From the human T2T-CHM13v2.0 reference genome, Homo sapiens, in NCBI RefSeq assembly GCF_009914755.1, contig NC_060938.1: a stretch of DNA of 64,000 nt; one strand, written 5' to 3'. Below the pieces are notes generated by a model that ran no database searches, was not told where the DNA came from, and was given only the letters and a program-made list of their open reading frames with translations. A program made the position numbers and the translations under genes. How positions within the stretch are numbered: the stretch's first letter is position 1; each line of letters starts with the position of its first letter. Shown piece after piece: positions 42,161 through 56,690 of this stretch.

Positions 42161-42644
42161 CAATACTCCAATTTTAGGAGTACAGAAACCCAACGGGCAG
42201 TGGAGGTTAGTGCAGTTTCATTTTATCTCTTGATCAACTAGAAAATCCTCATCTAATTTATTTTTATTTATCTATTATTTATTTATTTATTATTATTTTT
42301 TCTGTCTTCGTGACACTGGCTTCAATTAAGGACCATCCATATGTACTATTAACATGCAGATCTCCTGGGTCATGCTCATTTTCCACACCCTGCTTTTTCT
42401 ATGGCCAATATTCAAGAAACACAGATGTTGTGATGTTTTTTTGGTTTGATTATTTACTGGATGGTTTCTGCTTAGAAGTTCTGTTTTTTCTAAGTTCTCA
42501 TTACAGTAGCATTAATTGGGTTATTTAAGAATCTTGAATTTGACAATTGCATATTCTGATTTTGCTTAAAATATAGTTTTGGGATAATAATTTATGTATT
42601 TTATATTAATCTAAAATGTAAGACATATATGCAATAACATTTTT

Positions 42645-43155
42645 CAACAAGTTCCTAACTTTCCCACATTTCCTGTCTTCTTCAGAGCCCTCCAAACTGT
42701 TCCAACCTCTGCCTCTTATCCAGTTCTAAAGTCACTTCTACATTTTTGGGTATCTTTACAGTAGCACCTCACTCCTGGTACCAATTTAATGTATAGTCTG
42801 TTCTCATGCTGCTAATAAAGACATACCCGAGACTGGGTAATTATAAAGGAAAGAGGTTTAATTGACTCAGTTCCACATGCCTGCAGAGGCCTCTGAAAAC
42901 TTACAATCATGGCAAAAGGGGAAGCAAGCACATCCTTCTTCACATGGTGGCAGGAGAAAGAAGCAGCGTGAAGTGAGTAAAGCCCCTTGTAAAACATCAG
43001 GTCTTGTGAGAACTCACTCACTATCATGAGAACAGCATGAGGGAACTTCCCCCATAATCTAATCACCTCCCACAATTTCCCTCCCATGACATGTAGGGAT
43101 TGTGGGAACTATAATTCAAGATGAGATTTAGGTGGGGGTGCAGCCAATAATATCA
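42645..43155 (-). mobile_element. THE1D/THE1B-like 5' LTR (42790-43155) plus about 145 bp of THE1 internal 5' end
   Basis: TGTATAGTCTGTTCTCATGCTGCTAATAAAGACATACCCGAGACTGGG...CAGCCAATAATATCA, preceded by CCTGTCTTCTTCAGAGCCCTCCAAACTG...CCTGGTACCAATTT. Confidence 0.9.
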
Positions 43156-43180
43156 ATGAACATGATTTTTAATTACACTT

Positions 43181-45628
43181 CATTCTTAGTCCATTCTTGC
43201 ATTTCTATACAGGAATACCTGAGACTGGGTGATTTACAAGGAAAAATGTTTATTTTAGCTCACAATTCTGTAGGCTGTATAGTAAGCATGGTGCAGTCAT
43301 CTGCTTCTGGTAAGGGCCCCAGGAAGCTTAGAATCATGGTGAAAGGTGAAGAAAAACCATACAGTCCCACGGTGAGAGAGGCAGCAAGAGGGGAGGGGAG
43401 AGGTTCCATACTCTTTTAAACAATCAGATCTCACATGCACTGAGTGAGAACTCATCACCAAGGAGATGGTGCTAAGCCATGAATGGGGGATCTAATCTCA
43501 TGATGCAATCACTTCCCACCAGGCTCCAACTCCAACTTTCGGAATTTAATTTCAACATGAGATTTTGAGGGGACAAATAGCCAAACCTATAGTTTTTCCA
43601 CCCCTGGTCCCCCAAATCTCATATTCTTCTCATATTTCAAAATAATAATCCCTTCCCAATAGGCCTCCAAAGTCTGAACTCATTTCAGCATTAATTCAAA
43701 AGTCCCAAATCCCAAGTCCAAAATCCAAAGTCTCATCTGGAGGTGAGTTTCTTCCATCTATGAGCCCATGAGATCAAAACCAAGTTTTTATTGTCAAGAT
43801 GCAATGGCAGTACAGACATTGGATAGACATTCCTGTTACAAAAGGGAGAAAGGGGTCATAGATTCCACACAAGTCTGAAACCTGTTAGGCCAGTAATAAA
43901 ATCTTAAAGCTCCAAAATAATTTCCTTTGACTCCATGTCTGTATTCAAGGCACACTGGTGCAAGGAGTGAGCTCCCAAGGTTTTGGTCAGCTCTGCCCCA
44001 TGGCTATACTGGGTGCCTCTCCTGGGGCTGCTCTTGTGGGTTGAAGTTTAGTGTCTGCAGATTCTCTATGTTGAAGCTGCAATCTGTCAGTGGCTCTACT
44101 GTCCCCTTGACAGTGTCCTCTACTGTCAGTGGCAACAGTCCCATTTCTACAGATTCACCAGACAGTTCATCTGGGGAGACTTTGTATGGGGGCTCCAATG
44201 CCACATTTTCCCTTGGCAATGTCTTAGTAGTGTTTCTCTGTGGGGGATTTAGCCCTGTGGCAGGTTTCTGCCTGGGCATCCAGGCTTTTCCATACATTCT
44301 CTGAAATCTAAATGAAGGCTTCCAAGCCTCCTTCATTCTTGCACTCTGTGTGCCTGCAAGCTTAACACCAAATAGAAGCCATCAAGGCTTATAGTTTGTG
44401 CCCTGTGAAGCAGCGGCTCAAGCTGTACCTGGGGCCCTTTGAGCAATAGGTAGAGCTGGAGCAGCAGGGATGCAGGGAACAGCCTTCTGGGGTGGTACAA
44501 ATTATTGGCCCATGAAACCATATTTTCTTCCTAGGCTTCTTGGTCTGTGATGGGAGGGGTGGCTTGGAAGATTTCTTAAGTGGCTTCAAGGGATTTTTCC
44601 CATTGTCTCAGATATTAGCAACTTGACTCCCTTTTAGTCATATAACACTCCCTAGCAAGGGGTTGCTCCACAGCCTGCTTGGATTCTTTCTCTACCACAG
44701 GGCCAGGCTGCAAATTTCCAAACTTTCATGCTCTGCTTCCCTTTAAAATATGTTTCAACTTTAAGTAATTTCTTTGCTCCCATATCTGATCATGGGCTAT
44801 TCGATGCAGCCAATCTACTTCTTGAAAGCGTTACTACTTAAAAATTTCTTCTACCAGATACACTAAGTCATCACTCTTAAGTTCAAAGACCCACAGATCC
44901 CTAGGGCATGAACACAATGCAGCCAAGTTCTTTGCTAGGTCATAACAGGGGTGAACTTCACTCCAGTTCCCAGTGAGTTTCTCATTTCCATCTGAGACCT
45001 CATCAACCTAGACTACACTATCTATATCTCTATCAGCATTTTGGTCACAATCATTTAATCAGTCTCTAAGAAGTTCCAAGTTTTTCTTCATGTTCTTGTT
45101 CTCTTCTGAGACCTCCAAACTATTCCAGCCTCTGCCTGTTACCTAGCTGCAAAGCTTCTTTCTTATTTTCAGGTATCTTTATAGAAATACTCCACTCTCA
45201 GTACCAATTTTCTGTGTTAGTTCACTCTTGTGTTGCTATAAAGAAATTCCTAAGACTACATAATTTATAAAGAGAAAAGATTAATTTTACCTTACAGTTC
45301 TGCAGACTGTACAGGAATCATGGTGCAGGCATCTGCTTTTGGTGATGGCCTCAGAAAGCTTACAATCATGGCTGAAGGCAAAGGGGAACCAGCATGCCAC
45401 ATGGTGAGAGAGGGAGCAAGAAGTAGGGGGAGTTCCCATACTCTTTTAAACAAACAGATCTCATGTGAATTTACTGAGCAAGAACTCACTTATCATCCAG
45501 TGCAGGGTGCTAAATCATTCATCAGGGATCCTCCCCCATGATCTAATCACCTCCTACCAAGTCCCCCTCCAACACTGGGAATCATTTCAACATGAGATTT
45601 GGAGAAGAGAAACATCCAAACCATATCA
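43181..45628 (-). mobile_element. Full-structure MSTB-like MaLR provirus (LTR about 43181-43591, internal, LTR 45213-45628)
   Basis: Two homologous LTRs share CATGGTGCAG.CATCTGCTT and CCATACTCTTTTAAACAA.CAGATCTCA. ORF 44004-44336 (FQRMYGKAWMPRQKPATG) is typical MaLR internal sequence. Confidence 0.92.
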
Positions 45629-48600
45629 GCTCCTACTTCCTGGAATCTTCAAGAGACTTACATATCTATGTTCCTGAAATATGAGTCTATTATAGGCTTA
45701 GTGAGTACTTAGTTAAAGAAAAACAACAGGGAATTCTTGGACATATGTATTAAAAAGATAGGTTCTTTTTTAAACTTATTTCCTTCAGTTTGCAAATTTT
45801 AAATGTCCTTCCTCTTGCATTCATTCTGTATTATACTAGAATGTTCCCCAGACTATTGCATGTAAACTTATACTAAAGGAATATTTATTTAAAAGATGAC
45901 TGATAAGACATAGAAAAATTATTGTAAAGGAGTCATATTTCAAACTTAATCTGTTAAAGCTAAAAGAAATAAAAAACATATATGGTTACATACTCCCCGA
46001 GCCCAACAAAACTTTGAAAATGAGAACTGAAAAACTAACAGTTAAAGAAAATTAAGATAAATCTTATGAATGTGAAGAAGTAAAGATTGTATAAAATAAC
46101 TCTCAGCCAAGTGAAGATTGAAGATAAAATGTCTAGTTTTCCCATAAAAAAAGCAGTTGAAATTTTGAGTACAATTAATTAAACATGACATTTTATCATA
46201 AGCACATTTCTAAATTTTATACTCCAAAGGAAGAACAAAATATGGAGAAATCTCTAGAGTCACACAGCAATTACATTATAGTAATTATATAAAATTCTAG
46301 AGTATTCCATATTTCATATGAAGAAATATGTCAATATCATTGATAGTGTAATGAAAATCTGTGCTGTATCACGTAGAAACTCATTTAAGAGTGCTTACAA
46401 TAGTATAATATAGAGTTAAAAACAAAGATATTTGGTATTTAAATATACATCTTGAAAATTTAAAATGAAACATTCTGCATATATAATATTTTCTTCATCT
46501 TTGGGTTTACTGAAATATCACCTGTCTTATAGAAATATAAGTGTAGAAAAACCTTTCTCTTCAAAACTTCTAAATTGTAGAGGTGATTTGGTTGAATATC
46601 TTCCCTTTAATCCTAATTTTGTTGAAAACTGTCTTTCACACAATAATAAAAAATATGTGCATGGTAATTATGTTTCAAGTACAAAACACTAAGATGTTTA
46701 GCTATATTTCTTTTTAGATTATTCTTGTCTCTAATGTTTTAAAATAGTAACATTGAATTTAATTTTATAATGTTGGCATAAAATTAACACATGTTCCCTT
46801 AGTAACTCAAAATACTTACACGTTTCTGAGGAAAAATCTTTCAGTTGTTGGTCTCATTCTACTTCCAACCCATTTGGGCCCCCCTGTCTTCAAATTTGCC
46901 TTTCTAATGCAGTTGATTTGGTTTATATAATTTCATACTGTTCTTTGGCTATACAAGCATCTGTAAACACTTATGCACATAAATATTTAATTGATATCAT
47001 ATACCTGTCTTCAAGCAATAATATGCTTAATTAGAAATAAACACCTAGCACTATGGTAATAGTTATAGTGAAAGTCTGTATTTTAATTCAAAAACTGTAA
47101 TTTCCCAGTTGCAATCCCTATAAATCACCGTAAACAGTCAGTACGAATGTTTAAAATTGATTACTTTTACAAAAATGACTGCTTCTATTAGAGAACATTA
47201 AAAATAATATACTGAAATAAAAAGTATGCCAAAACATTGAGGAAGTCCAAAACTTAAAATCACAAAAGCAGAAAATAGAAAAATTAAAGTTTAGCTACCA
47301 AAGTTATCAACATTGTATTATATAATAAAATTTCATCTTGAGGAAGTTGAATTGCTGAGTAATTACATATGCAGTTCTTCTAAATTCAAAATAATTACGT
47401 AAGGAAGAATCAGCATTTCTTTAAGAAGGTACATGGCTTGTGATTTAGTTAAATTTTTATACAATAAAAGTTTATACTAGGTGAATATATACATAGAGAT
47501 TTAAAAATTACTGATACAGGTATTACTTCTCTTCAGTGAATGTGTTCTTTGAAATAATACAAGTAATTAGTGATAAAAACAGGTGTTTTTCTTGGCTCTA
47601 TAACTCTAAATTGACTAAAGAAATAAGATGAATATCTCTGACCTCAAAATAGACTGTATTTTTATGAATCTGATGAAGCTTCCTTATAGAAAGGGAGCAT
47701 GCATGGAAATTATAAAAGCAAAACAAGTAAACAAAGGCATAACTAAGTAAATATATAACTGCAGTTAATATTAACATAAATTTATTAAACATGTACTATC
47801 ATCCAAGTATTGTGGAATATAAAGAATAATGTGGGAAATGAGGAGAAGAGTTGATCCTTAATCTCAGGAAGCTTCTACAGTTGGTGTCAAGAATTGGACT
47901 GAAATGAACAAATAGTATTCAAGGCTTTAGAAGCCATAGTGATTCTGACTTTAATTGAATTTAAAGTTATTGTTAATATCACACACCATTTTGGGTGTTT
48001 TGCACATTTCTCTCTGTAAAACTTTTAGATCTCTTTTTTGAGCACTCAGTCATTTTAACGAAGAGGTCGTATCCAAAGAACTTGATAAAACAGATCTCTC
48101 ACTACCACAGAAATACTGCACAGTTCATATATCAACAAAAACATAGTTGACAGATTTGCTTTTATTTTCCAGTTCTCCGTATTCAGCATCTTTCCTCCCC
48201 AGGCAATTGGTACTTTCTCTTTCTAATAAACTCATTTTCAATAAATGTGAGAGATGACATATGCTACCCATTCCAGAGGCATTTCTATTTTAATGATAAG
48301 AAAATCTTAATAGTAAAGGATACTTCTGAGAAGTTTAAGTTTCAGAGCAAAAAGAGTTCTTTCAATATCTGTTGTCCAAATTTATATAAGTTTCTATATA
48401 ATAACCTCTCTCAACCAAACTTTGAAGAAACTCAACGGAGTCATTTTTACCAGAGAAATTTCACTAGTGCTTGAATAAATTCCTAAAGCAGGATTTCAAG
48501 TTGTATGCAGAAAAAAAAAATGTGGAGGAAATGCTTTCTACAGATACTGATGAAGTCAGTTCATCTTGTTTTCTTGCAAGAGGCAGGTCATAAATAAAAA

Positions 48601-49111
48601 GGCATTCCAGTGTAACAAATGAATTCAAACTAGTTTGACAGAAACCAATCAGAGTTCAAATCTATCAAAACAGTAGATTAAAAGCAAAAGTGGGGGGGGG
48701 GGAATGGCATGTCTTCAATACTAAGTTTTTTCACAAATTGAAGTAGTTCTCATTCTTTTCACTGTTTATATTAGATAATGATTACACTGGGGTGGAGGGT
48801 GGAGTGGGGGAGCCTTATTATTTAGAGGAATGTTATTAATACATCTCACTAACTCTATATGTATTTAAATTAAAGAAAATAAAAATTTTTTATATAACAT
48901 ATTTCTGGAGAAAAATTATAAATCATGCTGGAGTAACAGAGAGGCTTATCTCTGAACATGAAAGAAATAATGAAATTAAATATTTAGAGTTCTGCCTTCC
49001 AATTAAAAAAAAACAGGAAAAGATATGTCACACTAATGACTGATTTTATTTTCAGGGTAGCTCCAATTATCTAAAGTTTATAAGTTAGGCTTGTGATTAA
49101 CTTTTTAAATC

Positions 49112-49414
49112 TTTTTTCTTTTTTCTTCTTTTGAGAAGTAGTTTTGCTCTTGCTGCCCAGGCTGGAGTGCAGCCGCCTGATCGCGGCTCACCGTAGCCTC
49201 CGCCTCCTGGGTTCAAGTGATTCTTCTGCCTCAGCCTCTCAAGTAGCTGGGACTACAGGCATGTGCCACCACGCCCGGCTAATTTTGTATTTTTAGTAGA
49301 GACAGGGTTTCTCCATGTTGGTCAGACTGGTCTCAAACTCCCGACCTCAGCTGATCCACCCGCCTTGGCCTTCCATAGTGCTGGGATTACAGGCATGAGC
49401 CACAGTGCCGGGCC
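49112..49414 (-). mobile_element. AluSp/Sq-like full-length Alu
   Basis: Diagnostic TTTGCTCTTG.TGCCCAGG, TTTCTCCATGTTGGTCAG and CCCGACCTCAG. Imperfect TSD GTGATTAACT / GTAATTAACA. Confidence 0.93.
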
Positions 49415-49633
49415 GTAATTAACATTTTTATACCAGTCAGTATCTCTGTGCTAGCATAGCTCACAGGAATAGACATGGAAAAATAAATATACAGCTTAAT
49501 AGATACATAGAGTGATTCCAGCATTCACAGGGCTTTCAATACATACTGGCACTGAGGTGGACACCTCTGAAGGTGTGTAGCATGTAGGTGAGACATAGAG
49601 GTGATTAAAATAAAATTAATGCTATCAGGAAAC

Positions 49634-50223
49634 TGAGGCAGGATAGGCAGCCAAGGATTTAACCTTGTCCTTGGGACGCGGCAACCCTGGCGACCAATAA
49701 ACTTCACCATTGGTATTGTAGTTAAGCTCATGGAAGCAAAGGTATCTTCAGTAGGGAATTTCCCCTGTAGAGAACATGTGCACTTTTTGATTTTATCTGT
49801 CCTCAAACTCCGCCCTTTGCACATTATAATAGCAAAAAGCACACCCAGGGAGGAGATTTAAGATGCTAATGAGACATGCGATGTATGACCAAGCATGTAC
49901 AGCTACTGTGCATGTGCACCCAGAGAACCACCCAGAACATGCTTATTAGTAACACCTCTTCCCACCCCTTATGAGTAATCATGTAAGACTTCCACTAAGG
50001 GAGTTTCCCCAGTGCCAATTTTTGCTGTCTCATCCATACAAGCAGCCTGCCCTGAATCTTCTCTTTCTCAGGGTGCACTGTCTAGTCTGCATTTAACTTT
50101 CAATATATTCTTTGTCCTTTTCAATAAATTGCGCTATGCTACATCTCCTTTGCTGCGTGTCTCTTCTTTAAATTCTTTTAAACTAAGAAGACAAGAACCG
50201 AAGTCTCACAACAGCCATCAACA
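49634..50223 (+). mobile_element. ERV1 (MER4-group; LTR29/MER51/MER61/MER83-like) solo LTR
   Basis: TGAGGCAGGATAGG...AATAAA...CCATCAACA with a perfect 4-bp TSD AAAC (49630-49633, 50224-50227). Confidence 0.88.
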
Positions 50224-50459
50224 AAACTTCTGGTTCAGTTTCAGCAATAGACACAAATTAATATGCAAAAAAACTGAAGTAGATATGGAGAAGGGGAGAC
50301 AATAGAGTGGAATGCATTAATAGAACTGAATAGCAACAAGAATCCAGACTGAAACAATAACTATAGAATGTGCCACTATAAAATCACTTTCCAACTTGTG
50401 ATTTATGACAAGAACTTTTATATAAACTTGAAATAAGGCTGTAAAAGCATTACAAGGAA

Positions 50460-50700
50460 TGAGTAGTAGTAGTAATAATAGCAGTCCTATATGGTATTTT
50501 TAATTAGCTAGGTTTTGCTTTAGGCCCTTGTCTTATATAAACTCATTTAGTCTTATTCCAGCAGATTATCTGAAGATTAGAGGATTGAGATAGAGGGGGA
50601 TTAAAAACAAACAACAAAGCAAAACAAAATTTGTGTAGCATTACAATTCTGGTATTTGTACACAAGCAATATGGCTCCAGTGTCTCTATCCACTACCATT
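50460..50700 (-). mobile_element. MIR fragment
   Basis: AGTAATAATAGCA...AACTCATTTAGTCTTA...GAGGATTGAGATAGAG...TGGCTCCAG. Confidence 0.5.
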
Positions 50701-50929
50701 TCAGAGTGCCTCTTAGTAAGATGACTAGAATTGCCACATTAATTTTCAAATACCTTTAATGAACATATAGAATTATTCTTAAGTGCATTATTTTATAACT
50801 ATGACTAATACTAACTTTATATTAGTAGATCCATTATTGCTCTATCTTACAACCCATTCTTTTCTGTCCACTTAACTCTCAGGCCGTATAAACCTTGAAT
50901 ACTACCTTTTGAAGTTTCTTGCATATGGT

Positions 50930-51680
50930 TCCATTCTTCAATTATTAATTGAGAATCAACTACATGAACTGTGCTCTATTGTGTATCAGTGAGCGAGGCA
51001 GATGCTCTCTACCTACAATGAGTTCACAGGCTAAGATAAAAGAATCAATAAGAAAAAAATGTATTTAGAATTCATTGACAAATGCAATAATAGGAATAAG
51101 GGGTTGTCAAACCAGGAATGATTTATTTAGTAATTAGCCTGGTCTAGAATCAGGGAAACCATTTAGAAAATTACCGTGATAATAAAAAAATATATAGAGT
51201 TTTTAGTGTAGGAAAGGGAGTAAGAATTGAGTGGAAGATGGCTTTGAAACTGTTTTTAAAATTAGAATAGCATTTGACCAATTTTACATAGAAGAAGAGG
51301 AAAACAAGGTCTAGGTTAATTCACATGTTTCTGGTTTGTTTGGCTGGATAAATAATTATGTCACTCAGAGAAAGTATTAGAGGGGATCAGGTCTAAGAAT
51401 CAACAGATAATTATTTTTATGTTTGATAAGATTGTGAAACTACTAAGTAGAGGTGTTGAATAAGCAATTACATACATGGAACGAGAAAGCAGAACTTTTA
51501 TAATTATTAATATATAAAAACAATTGAAATCAAATGATCATATATGGTTACCTAGGGAGAATATATATAATAAAATAAAAGACCTGCCAGAGGGGAAACC
51601 TCAGATATATTTAACATTTAATTGGTCAACAGGAAGGAAGAGTTAGAGAATTAGGAGAAGGTCTGAGAAAGAGTAGAGTT
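50930..51680 (-). mobile_element. L2 fragments
   Basis: ATTCTTCAAATTATTAATTGAGAATCAACTAC...GAGTTCACAG...TTTCTGGTTTG...TAAGTAGAGGTGTTGAATAAGCAATT. Confidence 0.6.
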
Positions 51681-51687
51681 GGAATGT

Positions 51688-51830
51688 TCCAAACACAAAG
51701 GAATGATAGATAATTTAGGTGATGTATATTTCAGTTATCCTGATTTGATCATTACATGTTATATGCTCATATCAAAATTTCACATATGCCCTATAAATAT
51801 GTACAACCACTATTTTTCAATAAATACAAA
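51688..51830 (+). mobile_element. L1MA 3' terminal fragment
   Basis: TCCAAACACAAAGGAATGATA...GGTGATG...CCTGATTTGATCATTACA...TATAAATATGTACAAC. Confidence 0.8.
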
Positions 51831-51959
51831 TTTTAGGAAAAGTAAAGAGTTATAGTAACAAATAGAAGAGATTGTTTCATTAAAAATGGTAGTCAATGTT
51901 TTTAAAAGCTATAGATAAAAAATAAAAATTACTAGTAAAATATATACGGAGTTTTTAAT

Positions 51960-53420
<1,461 letters not shown>

Positions 53421-53429
53421 AAAAGAAAA

Positions 53430-55060
53430 ATGTGACAATCACAAGCTTGAATGACACAGAAATTTGGGAGTGAAACTTTTTATATAATTTTTGTGCATAT
53501 AATTTTGGCTTTTAGAACTATGCTAATAATTTATAAGCCCCCCCCCCCAAATAAATACATAGAATAAACAAGAATAGGGGAAAACCTGAAATGGGATTTA
53601 AACAGAAATAACTAGAAATAATTATTATAAAAATATATTACATAACCATTTGAATTGTACTCAACTTTGTTTACATAGTTTTATGGATTAATGAGTCCAC
53701 TGCATACATGTAAACAAAGCACATAACACGTATATCATACATTATATATTTATATATTCACATACATGATAGATAGATAGGTCTGAGCTCTGGCTTTATT
53801 TTCTGTGAGGCCCTAGAAGTTAAAAACTCCTATAACAGTGAATATATCTAGGTCCCAGATCTTGATTTCTAAATAGCATTTTCAACAAGAAAACCAGGCC
53901 TCCAGGTCTCCTTAAAAAAAGCCTGGAGCTGAGAAAGTGCATAATCAACCTAGAAGGTATTCCTGTATTAGAAAGAAATGCTTGGAAAACTATGGGGGCC
54001 TACCACAAAGGACACAAGACCCAGCTAAAAGGGACTTTCACTGGCCCCTTGAAAATAAAAATCTGAGATTATTTCAGCAATAGATACAGAATCATACTAA
54101 TAGAAAACTATAGGGAAAAAATAAGATTCCATTACCCCATACTAATACATACAAATGAAAAAAATAAATGGAAAGGGAAATCTCTTCCTTTAACTATAAT
54201 TTCAACTAATCAATGTACAGAGCATGATGGAATTAGTAAAATCATGGTTTAGAAAGTACCTCAACAATACTCTTTTCAGACAAGATGTATCAGTAGGTAC
54301 TAAATTTAGTGGGCAAAATACAGTAAAAAATAAGATAATTATATAATGTCAAAATATGTCCCCAGAAGTTGTCTATTAATTCAAAGAAAAATTGAGAAGG
54401 CTGACAGACAATATTTTAATGCAGTAAGCAATGTTTACGTCACCTGCAATGGGACAAATCAAGATTACATATGCCTCTGGATAGAATACATCTTGAGGGA
54501 TGCAATGTTACTTCTATGCTATTTCTGCCCCAATTGCATAACCTTTATCAAATCATGTTGAAACATCAGACAAATCCAAAAGGAGGACATGCTACAAAAT
54601 GACTGTTATATAATTGTGAAAAATGTCAAGGTGATGAGAATAGCTAAGCAACTGTTCCAAATCAGAGAATGATGAAACCTGATCGTTATATGCCAGGTGT
54701 AATTCTGTACTGGATTCTGTACCAGATCAGTATGTTTTTTTATTTTACCATGTAAAATATTAGTGAAAAAAATTGTTTGCATTTGAATATTAACAATGCA
54801 TCAATGTTGATTTCCTAATTTTAGTAATAATATTGAGTTATGTAAGATAATGTCATTGCTTTTAGGAAGTACACATTCAAGTATTTACAGGTATAATGGC
54901 ATATGCTTAAAACCAATTCGCAAGCATTTCAGAGAGAAACAGAATGATAAAGGCAATGTGGCAAAGGTTGACATTTGGGGATACTGGAAAATGGGCATAA
55001 AGAAAGTCTTCAGGATTTTTCTACTTTATTTTTGCAATTCCAAAATTAGTTCAAAATAAT
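53430..55060 (+). mobile_element. L1MC-type 3' UTR
   Basis: CCCAGATCTTGATTTCTAAATA...GAAACATCAGACAAATCCAAA...CTTTTAGGAAGTACAC...TTTTTGCAATTCCAAAATTAGTTCAAAATAA; paralogous to 39000-40378. Confidence 0.75.
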
Positions 55061-55624
55061 AATAGCTATTGTTTACCAGGAGAATCAGTTCTAACTTCAA
55101 AAGTAATGCCTTTATTGTCCCTTGCAATTACGAAGTTTTATGTTATTTCCTATTAAAGGAAGAAATATTTCCTATATACTAAAATCTGTAATAACTTGTT
55201 TCCCTTTTGCTGCCCTATTTGATCTTTAACACTGCTTTATCATTAAAAAAGTTAAGCTTTTTTATGTTTTTGATAAGGAAGGAAAATAATTTGCATATTT
55301 CACATATATACATTTTACATATTTTACACATATAGTACATGTACCAGTATATGCATTATATATGTATACATTATCACAATAATGGAAACTATTGTTGCAT
55401 ATGAATGCATACATCTTTCTTAGCTAATGGAGAAGGGAAACATTTAAAAGGACACTTAATTTAGGAACTATTTGATTAATAATAAGAGAAAATAATGGAT
55501 ATACAATAATTGTAGTTGATTGATTTTGAAAAAACACTAGTAAGCCAGAGAATACAGAAAAAAAAGGGATTTGTGGTTGCCATAATCAATGATCCATAGT
55601 TCTATTATTAAAGCAAAACAGATT

Positions 55625-55907
55625 GTTTTGTTGTTTTTTGAGACAGGGTCTCACTCTGTCACCCAGGCTGGAGTGCAGTGGTGCAATCTTGGCTCACTGC
55701 AGCCTTGACCTCCCAGGCTAAAGTGATCTGCCCACCTCAGCCTCCTGAGGAACGGAGACTACAGGTGCAGGCCACTAGGCTCTGCTAATTTTTGCATTTT
55801 TTGTAGAGAAGGGGTTTTTCCACATTTCCCAGCTGGTCTCGAACTCTGAGCTCAAGCAATACGCCCACGTCGTCCTCCCAAAGGCACTTGCCACCGTGCT
55901 CTGCCGC
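55625..55907 (-). mobile_element. AluJ-like element
   Basis: TGAGACAGGGTCTCACTCTGTCACCCAGGCTGGAGTGCAGTGG...CAGCCTTGACCTCCCAGGCT...GAGCTCAAGCAAT. Confidence 0.92.
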
Positions 55908-56245
55908 AAATAGATCTTGAAGACCCACAGCTTGGTTTTCTGTGACCATTTGAGCAAGGTAGTAACTTCCTTTGAAAATCAGTACTCTTACATTATTCTT
56001 CCATTTTAATAACAGTATATTGCAAAAAGAATGCTAAAATTTGTACCCAGTGTATTAGACTACTATATAATATGTATTAAATGCAAGTTCAGAAAAACAA
56101 GAATATAAAACCTTATAGACACTAACTTCTCTGTGGGAACTGAAGGGTCTATCAAAGATACCTTTTCTTTTGCATGACTAGAGTGCTACTTTTCCAAATT
56201 AATTGAACGTTTTGAGGACTTAAGAAGAAAAAAGGAAGAAGTGTA

Positions 56246-56495
56246 TTCATAAGTGGGAGCTAAGTAATGTGTATACAAGGACAGAGTGTGAAATAATAAA
56301 CATTGGAAACTCAAGGGTCTGAGAAGGATGAGAAAGTAGTAAGGGAGTGAGTAATGAGAAATTACATCATGGTACAATGTACACTATTCACGCGATGGTT
56401 ACACTAGAAGACCAGACTTCACCACTAAACAATATATCCATGTAACCAAACTGCACTTGTAACCCCTTAAATTCATACAAATGGAAAAAAAAAAA
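56246..56495 (+). mobile_element. L1PB-type 3' end
   Basis: ATAAGTGGGAGCTAAG...GGTACAATGTACACTATT...CAGACTTCACCACT...CATGTAACCAAACTGCACTTGTA plus A-tail. Confidence 0.88.
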
Positions 56496-56652
56496 GAAAT
56501 AATTGTAGATTCTTTTTTTGAAACATATACATTTTTAAGTACCCATATTTCTCTGGAGTACCACATACCTAAATCGCTAACTCATTTATTTAAATCTTAG
56601 CTTACATACGAAAAGTGTCTTTTAAAGAAATGAACTAAAGCAATATAATTTA

Positions 56653-56690
56653 GTGTGTGTGTGTGTGTGTGTGCGCGCGCACATGCATGT
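56653..56690. repeat. (TG)n(CG)n alternating purine-pyrimidine tract
   Basis: GTGTGTGTGTGTGTGTGTGTGCGCGCGCACATGCATGT. Confidence 0.9.

Noticed and set aside
43927-44589. Longest ORFs in the window (125 and 110 aa)
   Set aside because: Fragments of decayed MST internal sequence and its antisense; no intact element ORF.
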